Positions 1 to 9,161 of a DNA stretch of 32,000 bases are shown in pieces (the stretch's first letter is position 1; each line of letters opens with the position of its first letter). The position numbers were made by a program, and so were the translations under genes. Origin of the DNA: Candidatus Jordarchaeales archaeon (GTDB taxonomy: Archaea; Asgardarchaeota; Jordiarchaeia; Jordiarchaeales; Freyrarchaeaceae); the NCBI GenBank assembly GCA_038889235.1, contig JAWAHN010000002.1, positions 74,356 to 106,355 on the forward strand, given 5' to 3'. Under the pieces are notes generated by a model, which was not told the DNA's origin, did no database searches, and worked only from the letters and a program-made list of their open reading frames with translations.

Positions 1-1
1 C

Positions 2-286
2 CTCGTTGGGCCCAAGGGACGCGTCATCAAGAGCCTAAGCGAGGAACTAGGTAACAAGAAGATACGTATAGTGGAAGAGACTTCTCCCCTTAAAAAGACA
101 ATAGAAGACATAATCTCTCCGGTCAGTCTCTTAGGCGTGAACACCGTCTGGCTCCCCGACGGAAGCAATGAAAAGAAAGTGAGAATCCGGCAAAGTGAAA
201 GCAAAAAGCTCCCGGCGCCTACACAGGTGCTAGAGAAGCTAATATACGACTTAACAGGTGAAAGAGTGAGGTTTGTTTTTGAATAA
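2..286 (+). CDS. NusA-like KH-domain protein, 5' truncated by the window edge
   Basis: Frame is open from nt 2: LVGPKGRVIKSLSEELGNKKIRIVEE... contains a KH GxxG motif and the RIVE segment typical of archaeal NusA-family proteins. The ORF track's start at 71 is internal. Confidence 0.7.
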   Translation, partial: LVGPKGRVIKSLSEELGNKKIRIVEETSPLKKTIEDIISPVSLLGVNTVWLPDGSNEKKVRIRQSESKKLPAPTQVLEKLIYDLTGERVRFVFE

Positions 287-288
287 TT

Positions 289-1599
289 TTACGGAACAAG
301 TCTATCTCTGTCTCTGGGATAGAACACGCACTCTCTGATGTTTTCTACTCCTGTTATCACCATCAAGAGTCTGTCCAGTCCTAATCCCCAACCGGCGTGA
401 GGTGGCATTCCCCAGTCAAAAGTCTTCAAGTGAAAGTCGAAGGAAAGTGGGGATAGGCCTTGCTCCTTCAGTCTCTTAATTAGCAGTTCCTTTTCATGTA
501 TCCTTGTGCCTCCCGACGCTAGTTCAATCCACTCGTGCATTAAGTCAAAGGCTTCGCAGATCTCCGGCTTATCCTCTCTCGGCTTTATGTAGAATGGTTT
601 CCCCCTCGTGGGCCACTCCGTTATGAAGTAGAACCCTTTAATCATCTTTCCAAGCTCACGGTAAGCTGGAGTAGGAATGTCTTCACCCCAAGCCATTGGG
701 ATGCCGCTCTTTTTGAGCATCTCAAGGATCTCGCTGTAAGTGTACCTGGGGAATGGTGGCTTTTGAATATCGAGGCTTCTCTCGAGCACGCTTAACTCTT
801 CAGTGCACTCCTCAGCCGTCCTACGGAAAACGTGGTATATCAGTCGCTCAAGGAGATCCATGACGTCCTCGGCGTCGGCAAAAGCGACTTCAACGTCAAC
901 CACGTATATTTCACTTAGGTGCCTAACAGTCCTACTCTCCTCGGCACGGTAACATGGCCCTATCTCGAAAACTTTTTCGAAGACGCTTGACAGCTGCTCT
1001 TTGTAAAGCTGCGCTGACTGGCTCAGGAAAGCCTCACGCTCGTAATATGATATGGGAAAAAGGTCTGCTCCCCCCTCAGTAGCCGCGGCTATTATCTTCG
1101 GTGTCTGTATCTCGATGAATCCCTCCTCTAAAAGGAACTCCCTTATAAACCTGAGAACATTGTGCCTTATCCTGAATATAGCGTTCACTTTTGGTCTCCT
1201 GAGGTCGAGGACTCTATTGTCTAGGCGCGTGTCGAGGTTCGCATCAGTCTTCCCAGAAGGGTCTAATGGAAGGGGAGACGTGGCAACGTTTAGAATAACT
1301 AGTTCCTGTGGGATTACCTCAGCACCTCCGGGAGCATTCTCCATTGCTTTAACAATTCCTCGCACAGCTATCACGTATTCTTTCCCTAACTTTTTGGCTC
1401 TCTCGTAAAGCTCCTTGTTCTTCTTGGAAACAGTAACCTGAACCTTTCCCTCTCTGTCTCTTAGAATCACGAAGACTATGCCTCCCAAGTCCCTTACACG
1501 TTCAACCCAACCGCAGACAACGACCTCTTTTCCGTCGAGTTGCGGGGTCACTTCCTTCGAGTAGTGCGTTCTTTTGAGTCTGGGTGAGCTGCAAGCCAA
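289..1599 (-). CDS. aspS: Aspartyl-tRNA synthetase, archaeal type, probably non-discriminating
   Basis: OB-fold N-terminus (GWVERVRDLGG), motif 1 region (FIEIQTPKI), LSQSAQLYK, motif 2 (YRAEES), motif 3 (GMPPHAGWGLGLDRL). TTG start preceded by a GGTGA SD. Confidence 0.97.
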   Translation of the reverse strand: MACSSPRLKRTHYSKEVTPQLDGKEVVVCGWVERVRDLGGIVFVILRDREGKVQVTVSKKNKELYERAKKLGKEYVIAVRGIVKAMENAPGGAEVIPQELVILNVATSPLPLDPSGKTDANLDTRLDNRVLDLRRPKVNAIFRIRHNVLRFIREFLLEEGFIEIQTPKIIAAATEGGADLFPISYYEREAFLSQSAQLYKEQLSSVFEKVFEIGPCYRAEESRTVRHLSEIYVVDVEVAFADAEDVMDLLERLIYHVFRRTAEECTEELSVLERSLDIQKPPFPRYTYSEILEMLKKSGIPMAWGEDIPTPAYRELGKMIKGFYFITEWPTRGKPFYIKPREDKPEICEAFDLMHEWIELASGGTRIHEKELLIKRLKEQGLSPLSFDFHLKTFDWGMPPHAGWGLGLDRLLMVITGVENIRECVFYPRDRDRLVP

Positions 1600-1656
1600 T
1601 GCCTATCACCTTTTGCACTCTCAAAGGGGCTTAAGTGGTGTTGGAGCTCGTAGCTA

Positions 1657-2994
1657 TTAATACTTTGCCGGATCTGTTTTCATTATTTCGCGCATGAGGC
1701 AAGTAGCGTAGCTTCCCTTTGGAAGGGAGAACGAAAGTAATGCCATGACACCTTTCAACTCGTCATCCTCTGAAACTCTCAAAAGTTTCAGTATTGGCGG
1801 GTTAACTAAAGCTTGCCTAAAGCTCCCCCTAGCTCCAAGCTCCGGCATTGACTTCATCTTAAAAGACTCTAAACTTATTCCAAGCGTTGACAAAATACGT
1901 CTAACTATCATTTCAGAAGGTGATCCAGCTGGAAGAGACGTGTCGTAACCAACCACGGGGAGGGCTAGTGCTGCTTGGCCCATCTCGATCCAGGAATTAA
2001 TTTTATCTACGTTGCTCTCATCGACCAGCGTTACGGAATCCGGCAGGCTGTTTTTTAGCGTCATCGCGAAGTCACCTACAACGACACGGTTTAGTGGTAA
2101 GCCAAGCTCCCTCCTATGGCTCAGAACTAGGTTAAATATGTACGACTGGGCGGCATGGACAAACATCAAGGTAAGCCCCCTCGGAAGCTTCCTGAATGCG
2201 CCCACAAAGTCGTTCGGAAATTTAACTAGATGGTTAAGCATAGCACGCTCGTATACTAAATACTTGGGGAAAACCTTCAACGCCTCCCTAAAGTCCAATG
2301 TCTCCGCCAGATGCTTTCTTGCCTCCCTTGCCTCCTCACTTTCAGCCTCATAGGCGCGAGAAAGAAAGTCCAATGCAGCCTCTCTAAACTCTCCTCTAAG
2401 AAGCCGTAAGCCAACCAGGTGAGTTATAGGGCGTGTCACACCGAAGCGTTGGTGCCCGTAAAAGTTCGGGATTCCCCCCTCACTCCTTATCTCCTGAATT
2501 ATCCTCACTATTCTCTCTTCAGCCCTCCACTCCGGCAGGCGTATGCCACGCACATTAATTCTGAAAAAGTTCCCCCAAAGGTCACCCATCTTGACCCCAT
2601 CACTAGAACGCCAAGCCCCCCTTATAATGACACCCCTAATCTTCAAGGCCATCACATCCTCGGGGTCAACTCCCCACACACTCATTCTCTGAACGACAAT
2701 AGCCCTCTTGTCTTTAACCCCAGCATAGGAGAAGCGTTTCCGGCTAACCTTCAGTCTCCTTGCCATCTCTCTTATCATTTCAAACGTATCATATGTTCCA
2801 TGGCGCTCTACTATGAAGACGCAGTACTTTCCCTCTCCTCCTCGCGCGCCCCAGTCGAACCCGCTACGCAGAACCTCCCCCTCAGAAGTCACCTCTTCGA
2901 CGATGAAGTCTTTCAACTTATATCTAAGGCAGCCTCCAACGCCCGGCGTTTTCGTAATGAAGAAGCGCATCCCCATCTCGGGCTCTAAGCTCAA
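1657..2994 (-). CDS. truD: tRNA pseudouridine(13) synthase TruD/Pus7
   Basis: DFIVEEV, YAGVKDKRA (catalytic Asp), GNFFRINVR, PNFYGHQRFG, FSLPKGSYAT motifs. Confidence 0.95.
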   Translation of the reverse strand: MSLEPEMGMRFFITKTPGVGGCLRYKLKDFIVEEVTSEGEVLRSGFDWGARGGEGKYCVFIVERHGTYDTFEMIREMARRLKVSRKRFSYAGVKDKRAIVVQRMSVWGVDPEDVMALKIRGVIIRGAWRSSDGVKMGDLWGNFFRINVRGIRLPEWRAEERIVRIIQEIRSEGGIPNFYGHQRFGVTRPITHLVGLRLLRGEFREAALDFLSRAYEAESEEAREARKHLAETLDFREALKVFPKYLVYERAMLNHLVKFPNDFVGAFRKLPRGLTLMFVHAAQSYIFNLVLSHRRELGLPLNRVVVGDFAMTLKNSLPDSVTLVDESNVDKINSWIEMGQAALALPVVGYDTSLPAGSPSEMIVRRILSTLGISLESFKMKSMPELGARGSFRQALVNPPILKLLRVSEDDELKGVMALLSFSLPKGSYATCLMREIMKTDPAKY

Positions 2995-3019
2995 AGTGAA
3001 CCATCTCGCGCTCTGATTG

Positions 3020-3376
3020 CTAAAGCAAAGACAGGTGTCCCGTCAACTGGTCTATAATTTCGTTTGGGGCTGGTCCTATAGCTAGAGCTGTCACTGTTCC
3101 AGGAGGAACTTCTGTCAAGCCCATGTCACAGATTTTCGCATGGGGTAGCCCCTTTTCCTCAGCCTTTCTCTCGAAGAATTCAAGCTCCTCTAGAGAGGAA
3201 ACTTTCAATGCAACCTTCTTTTGCCCTTCTTCCATCCATTTTTGCCACCACTCAGGCTTGCTTCGCCTAGCCTCCTCCGCAGCCGAGACAGCTGCATGTG
3301 CTACTTGGACCGCTGTTTTACCCTTACTCATTTTCAAGTCACTTCTAACCAGTATAACCATCTTGTACTCGAACAA
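3020..3376 (-). CDS. pth2: Peptidyl-tRNA hydrolase Pth2
   Basis: YKMVILVRSDLKMSKGKTAVQVAHA, GQKKVALKV, DMGLTEVPPGTVTALAIGP. GAGGTG SD. Confidence 0.96.
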   Translation of the reverse strand: MFEYKMVILVRSDLKMSKGKTAVQVAHAAVSAAEEARRSKPEWWQKWMEEGQKKVALKVSSLEELEFFERKAEEKGLPHAKICDMGLTEVPPGTVTALAIGPAPNEIIDQLTGHLSLL

Positions 3377-3527
3377 GCGCCGCCACCTCTAGTGAGCAAC
3401 CATCACTTTAAACTGCGTGCTTAAAAATGCTACAGAGGCCTCGAAATTAAGTAAGTAAAAGTCCACTCTGCGACAACTTCCATGGGTTTAAAGCCCTCGT
3501 AAGCGCCACCGAAATTCGCTGTCTAAG

Positions 3528-4934
3528 CTATAGAGCAGCCAACATCACTATGTCGTTTACATTCGTCCCCGTCGGCCCCGTCACTATGAGTCCATCCCCT
3601 ATTTCTTCAAAAAAGCTTGTCGTATCATGCCTTCGCAAGTACTCTTCTGCCATAGCTCCGCGCATAACCCCCCTTTTCACAGTTCTTCCATTGACGAGCG
3701 CTCCTGCAGCATGGGAAGCCCCATCCACTCCGTCGGTGCCAAAACTGACGACGAAAACCTTTCTCAAACCCGCTATCTTCAATGCCGCGCTGAGGGCAAG
3801 CTCTTGATTTCTTCCCCCTCTCCCTGCATCGCCATGTATTGTTACTGTTGTTTCACCGCCCATCACTATTAAAGCAGATCTCCTAAGCGGCTCACCGTTT
3901 AACGCCACACTCCTAACAATCCCCCCAGCTAGGCAGCCAACTTCTCTAGCCTCTCCCTCCATATGAGTCGTCAGGATGAACGAGTTTAATCCCCTCCTAG
4001 CAGCCTCACAGGCTACGGCAGTGCAAGCCTTCCTGTTCGTCGCTACAAGAACATTCCTCACCTTCTCGAACACGGGGTCGCCGGGCTTCAGAGTTTCCTC
4101 TACCCTCCCTTCTACCCCCGAAAGGAGCCTTCTTTTAACGCGCTCTCCGCACTTTTCCCACAAGCCGTACATTTTTAGAACGTTTACAGCATCCGAGAAA
4201 GTTGTAGGGTCCGGCGCCGTTGGACCGGATGCAATATCCTCCAATCTGTCACCGACAACATCAGACACAATCAAGCTCACGACGAACGCAGGATAAGCAA
4301 TCTTAGCTAGCAACCCACCTTTAACCCTCGAAAGGTGTCTTCTAACAATGTTGATCTTACCTATGTCCGCTCCGCTTTTAAGCAGAAGTGTGGTGACTTC
4401 CTGTACATCTCGGAGCTCCAACCCCTCAGCTGGAAACGTTAACATAGCTGACCCACCGCCAGAAATAAGGCATATAACGATGTCACCTTCCCCCGCGCCC
4501 TCAACGAGCTTAACGACCTCCTCAGCTCCTCTAACGTTTTCCTCTGTTGGAATAGGGTGTGACGTTTCGAAAAGTCTGACCTTTTTCACGCTAAACATCT
4601 TCGAAGTACCCTTCTGGACGCAAACGACCCCGTCAACTATCAAGTCCCCTAAAACTAGTTCTAAGGCCTCCGCCATGGCACCGCTTGCCTTGCCCGCCCC
4701 TACAACATACACGTTGCCTACCTTATCCAGCGGGAATATTTCCCCAGCCACCGAAACAGCCTTTCCGTCGAATTTCACCTCTCTCTTAACCGCCTCCCTG
4801 GGATCTGCAGCCCTTATCGCCACGTCCACCAAGTCTAAGAGTAATCCTCTCTCTTCACGCTCATCCCCTCCCTCCTCCAAAAGCTCCTCGCGGTTTTTCA
4901 CAACAGACATGACAAACCCCCAGCTACTCTTCAC
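3528..4934 (-). CDS. Glycerate 2-kinase (MOFRL family)
   Basis: GAGKAS, LISGGGSA, SDVVGD, IASGPT, GGETTV, GGRNQE, TDGVDG, TGPTGTNVND motifs. The true start may be a few codons downstream. Confidence 0.92.
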   Translation of the reverse strand: MKSSWGFVMSVVKNREELLEEGGDEREERGLLLDLVDVAIRAADPREAVKREVKFDGKAVSVAGEIFPLDKVGNVYVVGAGKASGAMAEALELVLGDLIVDGVVCVQKGTSKMFSVKKVRLFETSHPIPTEENVRGAEEVVKLVEGAGEGDIVICLISGGGSAMLTFPAEGLELRDVQEVTTLLLKSGADIGKINIVRRHLSRVKGGLLAKIAYPAFVVSLIVSDVVGDRLEDIASGPTAPDPTTFSDAVNVLKMYGLWEKCGERVKRRLLSGVEGRVEETLKPGDPVFEKVRNVLVATNRKACTAVACEAARRGLNSFILTTHMEGEAREVGCLAGGIVRSVALNGEPLRRSALIVMGGETTVTIHGDAGRGGRNQELALSAALKIAGLRKVFVVSFGTDGVDGASHAAGALVNGRTVKRGVMRGAMAEEYLRRHDTTSFFEEIGDGLIVTGPTGTNVNDIVMLAAL

Positions 4935-6331
4935 AATAAAGATGAAATTTCATCTAAAGCCTCGACCACTCTTTTCCCCTTCTGCGTTAACCTGAAGTAC
5001 TTCCTTTTCTCTTTGTAGTATACCTCAACAAGCCCCCTTTGCTGTAGATCGTCCAAGTGCTGGTACACCGCCTGTATGGAAAGACGCTTCCCGATAGCCT
5101 TCCAGATCTCGTAGCCGTACGAGTCTCCAATCTCCAGAAACCTCAGGATTTCAAGCTTCGTTTTAAACCCGCCTCTAGGCCTCACCCCCATTTTTTCGCT
5201 GTCAGCCAGAGCCTCCACAACATAGGGGTCCTTCAACCCACTCGCAGTAATTAGGCAAATCACAACCTCTGATCGGTCAATTAACCCCTCCTCTCTCGCC
5301 TTTTTGAGGCAGGCGATTGAAGCTGCACTAGCTAGCTCTGAGAATATGCCCTCGTTTTTCGCCAGAAGCTTCTCGGCTTCTAGTATTTCCTTATCTGTGA
5401 CGTTTACAACAAACCCCCCGCTCTCCTCAACTGCTCGGGCCGCCAGCCAGCCGTACACAGGGTTCAGAGATATTAGGGGGGATGCTGCGCTCGTCGGTTT
5501 CTCAATCTTCCTTAGCTTCACTTTCCCCTCCTCGTTGAAAAGTGTGGCGCACCCGTCCGGTTGAACCAAAACTAAGCGCGGGGCAGTATCCGCTATACCG
5601 AAAACCAAGCATTCTTTAATACCCTTCCAAATAGAGTACGCTGTATTCCCTGTCCCGGTAGGAACAATAATTAAGTCGACTTCTCTACATGCCTCCAAGA
5701 TTTCATATGAGATTGTTTTCTGTGCTTCAACAGATAGGGGGTTAAGTTCCGGTGTGGCTTGATAGCAGCCATCAACAACTCTTTCTGCCTCAGCTATCGC
5801 ATCGTCGATTGTCTCCCCACTCCTAATAATGCGCCCACCGTAAATGTACATTTGAGCCAATTTGCCTATGTTGACGCGCCTTGGAGTTATTATCGTGCAC
5901 TCAATCCCCGCCCTTGCACAGTAAGCTGCTGCTGAGGCGCCAAAGTTCCCGTAAGAGGCGCAAACCAGCTTTTTCGTCCCGCTGTCGAGAGCATTGGAAA
6001 CAATGAGAGACGCTGCCCTGTCTCTGTAAGACCCGGTCGGGTTAGTAGTCTCGTCTTTGAGAAAGACTTTCTCTGCGTTGACGATACTGGCAAGTCTCCT
6101 TGCAGATCTAAGTGGGGTACCTCCCTCCCCCATGCTCACAATGCTCTTCTCGCTAATCCTGGGAAAAACTTGGTAATACTTCCATATGCCCTGCATTTCA
6201 CTATAAGTTAACTTCACTTCAGAGTAATCGTAAACATAATCAAGTATCCCGCCACACACATCACACCTAGATGCTGGCGGAAATGGTTCCCTTTCTCTCC
6301 CGCACAAAGTGCACTTAAGAACGGCGTCCAA
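4931..6331 (-). CDS. Threonine-synthase-like fold-type-II PLP-family protein (Lys to Arg at the PLP site) fused to a C-terminal PadR-like winged helix
   Basis: N-terminal Zn ribbon (CxxC...CxxC), EGGTPL, NPTGSYRDR, ASYGN, VPTGTGN. C-terminal ~75 aa: KLEILRFLEIGDSYGYEIWK...VYQHLDDLQQRGLV...RKYFRLTQKG. Confidence 0.85.
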   Translation of the reverse strand: MDAVLKCTLCGREREPFPPASRCDVCGGILDYVYDYSEVKLTYSEMQGIWKYYQVFPRISEKSIVSMGEGGTPLRSARRLASIVNAEKVFLKDETTNPTGSYRDRAASLIVSNALDSGTKKLVCASYGNFGASAAAYCARAGIECTIITPRRVNIGKLAQMYIYGGRIIRSGETIDDAIAEAERVVDGCYQATPELNPLSVEAQKTISYEILEACREVDLIIVPTGTGNTAYSIWKGIKECLVFGIADTAPRLVLVQPDGCATLFNEEGKVKLRKIEKPTSAASPLISLNPVYGWLAARAVEESGGFVVNVTDKEILEAEKLLAKNEGIFSELASAASIACLKKAREEGLIDRSEVVICLITASGLKDPYVVEALADSEKMGVRPRGGFKTKLEILRFLEIGDSYGYEIWKAIGKRLSIQAVYQHLDDLQQRGLVEVYYKEKRKYFRLTQKGKRVVEALDEISSLL

Positions 6332-6400
6332 ACCTTAGTCCCCCAAACACACAACTTTATCTAAATGTAAATCAACATAAAAGTTACTCGTACCCTGTGA

Positions 6401-6949
6401 ATGGTGGTTTTAATGAAAAGCAACTTGGAAAAACGCGCGTCCCGCTTACTCTTCCAACTGGAAGAGCAGGAAATCCAGCTCGTCGTCATAAAGCCGGTGC
6501 CAAAGTTAAACCTTGGAGAAAACGAAACTCTAGGCCCTTTCAAAGAGGGCGAGCTGGTTACGATCCCCGCTTGGCAAGCTTTCCACCTAATTAAAGCAGG
6601 TTTAGCGAAGCTGAAAAACGAGGAACCGATAAACTTGGCCGAGCTTTACAACTATTTATGGAAGGAAGAGCGACAGGCGGCGTTGCAACCCCTCCCGGAA
6701 AACTTCTTCCTTAGGATTAAATTCGCCATAGAAGCCTCCCCAGAAGAGGAAAGGAAGAAGATCGTGTTGGCCCTCAGAGACCTTCTCTGCCGGAGGATAG
6801 AAAAAGTTGTCAAAGCGGCAATTAGAGCTAGACAAAACTCGAAAGCCACCGAGAACATGCTTCCCGAAGAGAAGATGTTACATCACGAGGTTGCATCAGA
6901 TATCGAAAACTGGCTGAGCGTACTGCATAGGTTTTTAAACATAAGTTAG
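6401..6949 (+). CDS. gins23: GINS complex subunit Gins23 (Psf2/Psf3-like)
   Basis: N-terminal B-domain (LGPFKEGELVTIPAWQAFHLIKAGLA), LQPLPENFF, RRIEKVVK helical A-domain; directly upstream of mcm. Start may be the ATG at 6413. Confidence 0.85.
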   Translation: MVVLMKSNLEKRASRLLFQLEEQEIQLVVIKPVPKLNLGENETLGPFKEGELVTIPAWQAFHLIKAGLAKLKNEEPINLAELYNYLWKEERQAALQPLPENFFLRIKFAIEASPEEERKKIVLALRDLLCRRIEKVVKAAIRARQNSKATENMLPEEKMLHHEVASDIENWLSVLHRFLNIS

Positions 6950-6979
6950 CTTTTCCTTCCTTTGGAAAGGTGCTATATC

Positions 6980-9037
6980 ATGCAGATAAACCCTCAAGCT
7001 AGGTTTGAATCCTTCTTAATGGAGTACCGTTCCTTTTCAGGGTCGCCTCTATATCGGGAGAAAATAAAGCAGCTGACCGTGAGCGGGTCCAAGAGCCTCA
7101 TAGTCGATTTCAACCACCTCGTTGCATTTGATCCAGAACTAGCTCGGATGACTATAGAACACCCTGACCGCTACCTCACAGCGGCGAACAACGCCCTTAA
7201 GAGCATCCTGCAAGAAACAGACCCTGAGTACCTTGAAAAAGTCGAAAGAGTGTACGTCAGGCTCTCCAATTTCCCTGAGGAGTACAGAATCCCCTTAAGG
7301 AAGCTGAGGGCAGAGCACATAGGGAAACTCATCGTAGTCAACGGCATCCTTGTAAGGGCAACCGAAGTCAAGCCCCGCCTAGTTGAAGCCGTTTTCAGGT
7401 GTCGTAGATGTGGAGAGCTGATCTCAATATTCCAGGAAGACAGGGTGCTTGTGACGCCTGTCGAGTGCACGAACCCGAACTGCAGACGCAAGGGACCCTT
7501 CGACCTCCAAATCGAAGAATCAACATTCATAGACTGGCAGAAGGTAAGAATGCAGGAGAGACCGGAAGACCTTCCACCAGGGCAGTTGCCGAGGAGCATA
7601 GATGCGGTGATGATGGACGATATAGTCGACACAGCACGCCCCGGAGACAGAGTAACCATAATTGGAATTCTTAGACCCGTCCCCGAAAGTCTTACAGGGA
7701 AACGAGCGAAACTCGTGACATTTAACACGATACTTGAAGTCAACAATATCGAAGTTGTAGGTGCGGAAGCAGAGAAACTCGAAATAAGCGAGGAAGACGA
7801 AGAAAAGATAAAGCAGCTAGCCCAAGATCCGTACGTTGTACAGAAAATCATCCGCTCAATAGCTCCGAGCATCTACGGCTACGAGCACATTAAGGAAGCT
7901 ATAGCACTCCTCTTGTTTGGAGGGGTGCCAAAAGAAATGCCCGACAAGCACAGGATAAGAGGCGACATAAACGTATTGCTACTTGGAGATCCAGGTGTAG
8001 GGAAATCGCAGATACTTCAGTACGTAGCTAGGATTGCCCCTAGAGGTCTCTACACTTCCGGAAGGGGGGCCACTGCTGCTGGCCTAACCGCAGCCGTGAT
8101 GAAGGACCCCGATACTGGAACAATGATTCTCGAAGCTGGAGCCCTCGTCCTGGCGGACCAAGGTGTCGCATGTATCGACGAAATGGACAAAATGCGCGAA
8201 CAAGACCGGGTCGCTCTCCACGAAGCCATGGAAAGCGGCATGCTTTCCATAGCCAAAGGCGGGATAGTCGCTACGCTAAACGCTAGAACATCAATTCTAG
8301 CGGCAGCAAACCCAGCTTTGGGGCGTTACAATCCATACAGGCCTCCGTCGGAAAACTTCAGCCTGCCGCCGACAATACTCTCCAGGTTTGACCTCATTTT
8401 CGTCATGATAGACAAGCCTGCACGGGAACACGATGAAAAAATGGCTGACCACATTCTTCACCTACACCGTGAGCACTCAAGTGAAGAACCACCACCAATA
8501 CCGCCAGACCTGTTGAGAAAGTACATTGCATATGCTAGAAAGAACGTGAAACCCCGGCTTTCACAGGAAGCCGTAAAAAAACTACGCGAGTTCTACCTCG
8601 AAATGAGAAGCAAGGGAGAGCAGCCCGATGCCCCTGTCCCCATAACAGCAAGACAGCTCGAAGCGCTAGTGAGGCTTTCAGAAGCCAGAGCAAAAATGGC
8701 CTTGCGGGATGAAGTAACAGTGGAAGATGCCGAGGCAGCTATCCGCTTAATGAAAACCTCCCTGCAACAGATTGGACGAGACATAGAATCCGGCCTCTTC
8801 GACATAGACACAATATACCTCGGAAGCCCGAAAAGTCAACGTGACAAAATGCAGATGATCCTCGACATAATTAACAGTCTAGAAGCAGAACTAGGCGGCC
8901 CCGTTCCAATTGAACGAATAATAAGTGAAGCCGCGGCAGAAAACATTGACAAAAAATTCGTGGAAAAAGCCATAAACCGATTCCTCAGTGACGGACTACT
9001 CTTCGAGCCAAAGCAGGGCTACGTGAAACGCGTTTAA
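6980..9037 (+). CDS. mcm: Replicative helicase MCM
   Basis: Zn finger (CRRC...CTNPNC), Walker A GDPGVGKS, Walker B IDEMDKM, arginine finger SRFD, C-terminal wH; no intein. The ATG at 6980 follows a GGAAAGGTG SD, so it is preferred over the TTG at 6962. Confidence 0.98.
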   Translation: MQINPQARFESFLMEYRSFSGSPLYREKIKQLTVSGSKSLIVDFNHLVAFDPELARMTIEHPDRYLTAANNALKSILQETDPEYLEKVERVYVRLSNFPEEYRIPLRKLRAEHIGKLIVVNGILVRATEVKPRLVEAVFRCRRCGELISIFQEDRVLVTPVECTNPNCRRKGPFDLQIEESTFIDWQKVRMQERPEDLPPGQLPRSIDAVMMDDIVDTARPGDRVTIIGILRPVPESLTGKRAKLVTFNTILEVNNIEVVGAEAEKLEISEEDEEKIKQLAQDPYVVQKIIRSIAPSIYGYEHIKEAIALLLFGGVPKEMPDKHRIRGDINVLLLGDPGVGKSQILQYVARIAPRGLYTSGRGATAAGLTAAVMKDPDTGTMILEAGALVLADQGVACIDEMDKMREQDRVALHEAMESGMLSIAKGGIVATLNARTSILAAANPALGRYNPYRPPSENFSLPPTILSRFDLIFVMIDKPAREHDEKMADHILHLHREHSSEEPPPIPPDLLRKYIAYARKNVKPRLSQEAVKKLREFYLEMRSKGEQPDAPVPITARQLEALVRLSEARAKMALRDEVTVEDAEAAIRLMKTSLQQIGRDIESGLFDIDTIYLGSPKSQRDKMQMILDIINSLEAELGGPVPIERIISEAAAENIDKKFVEKAINRFLSDGLLFEPKQGYVKRV

Positions 9038-9161
9038 ACCCAAACACAGAGAGCCCCCCATTAACGCGTCCCCGAGGATTCCATCTCAAAAGAAAATTTA
9101 GAAACTTTAATAACATAAAGTTACACAAGTTTGTTTTGTTGTTTTCCCTTGATGAAAGGGG

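Noticed and set aside
2925-3004. Out-of-frame ATG just upstream of truD suggesting a frameshift
   Set aside because: The TTG start at 2994 already yields a full-length TruD N-terminus; nothing requires recoding.
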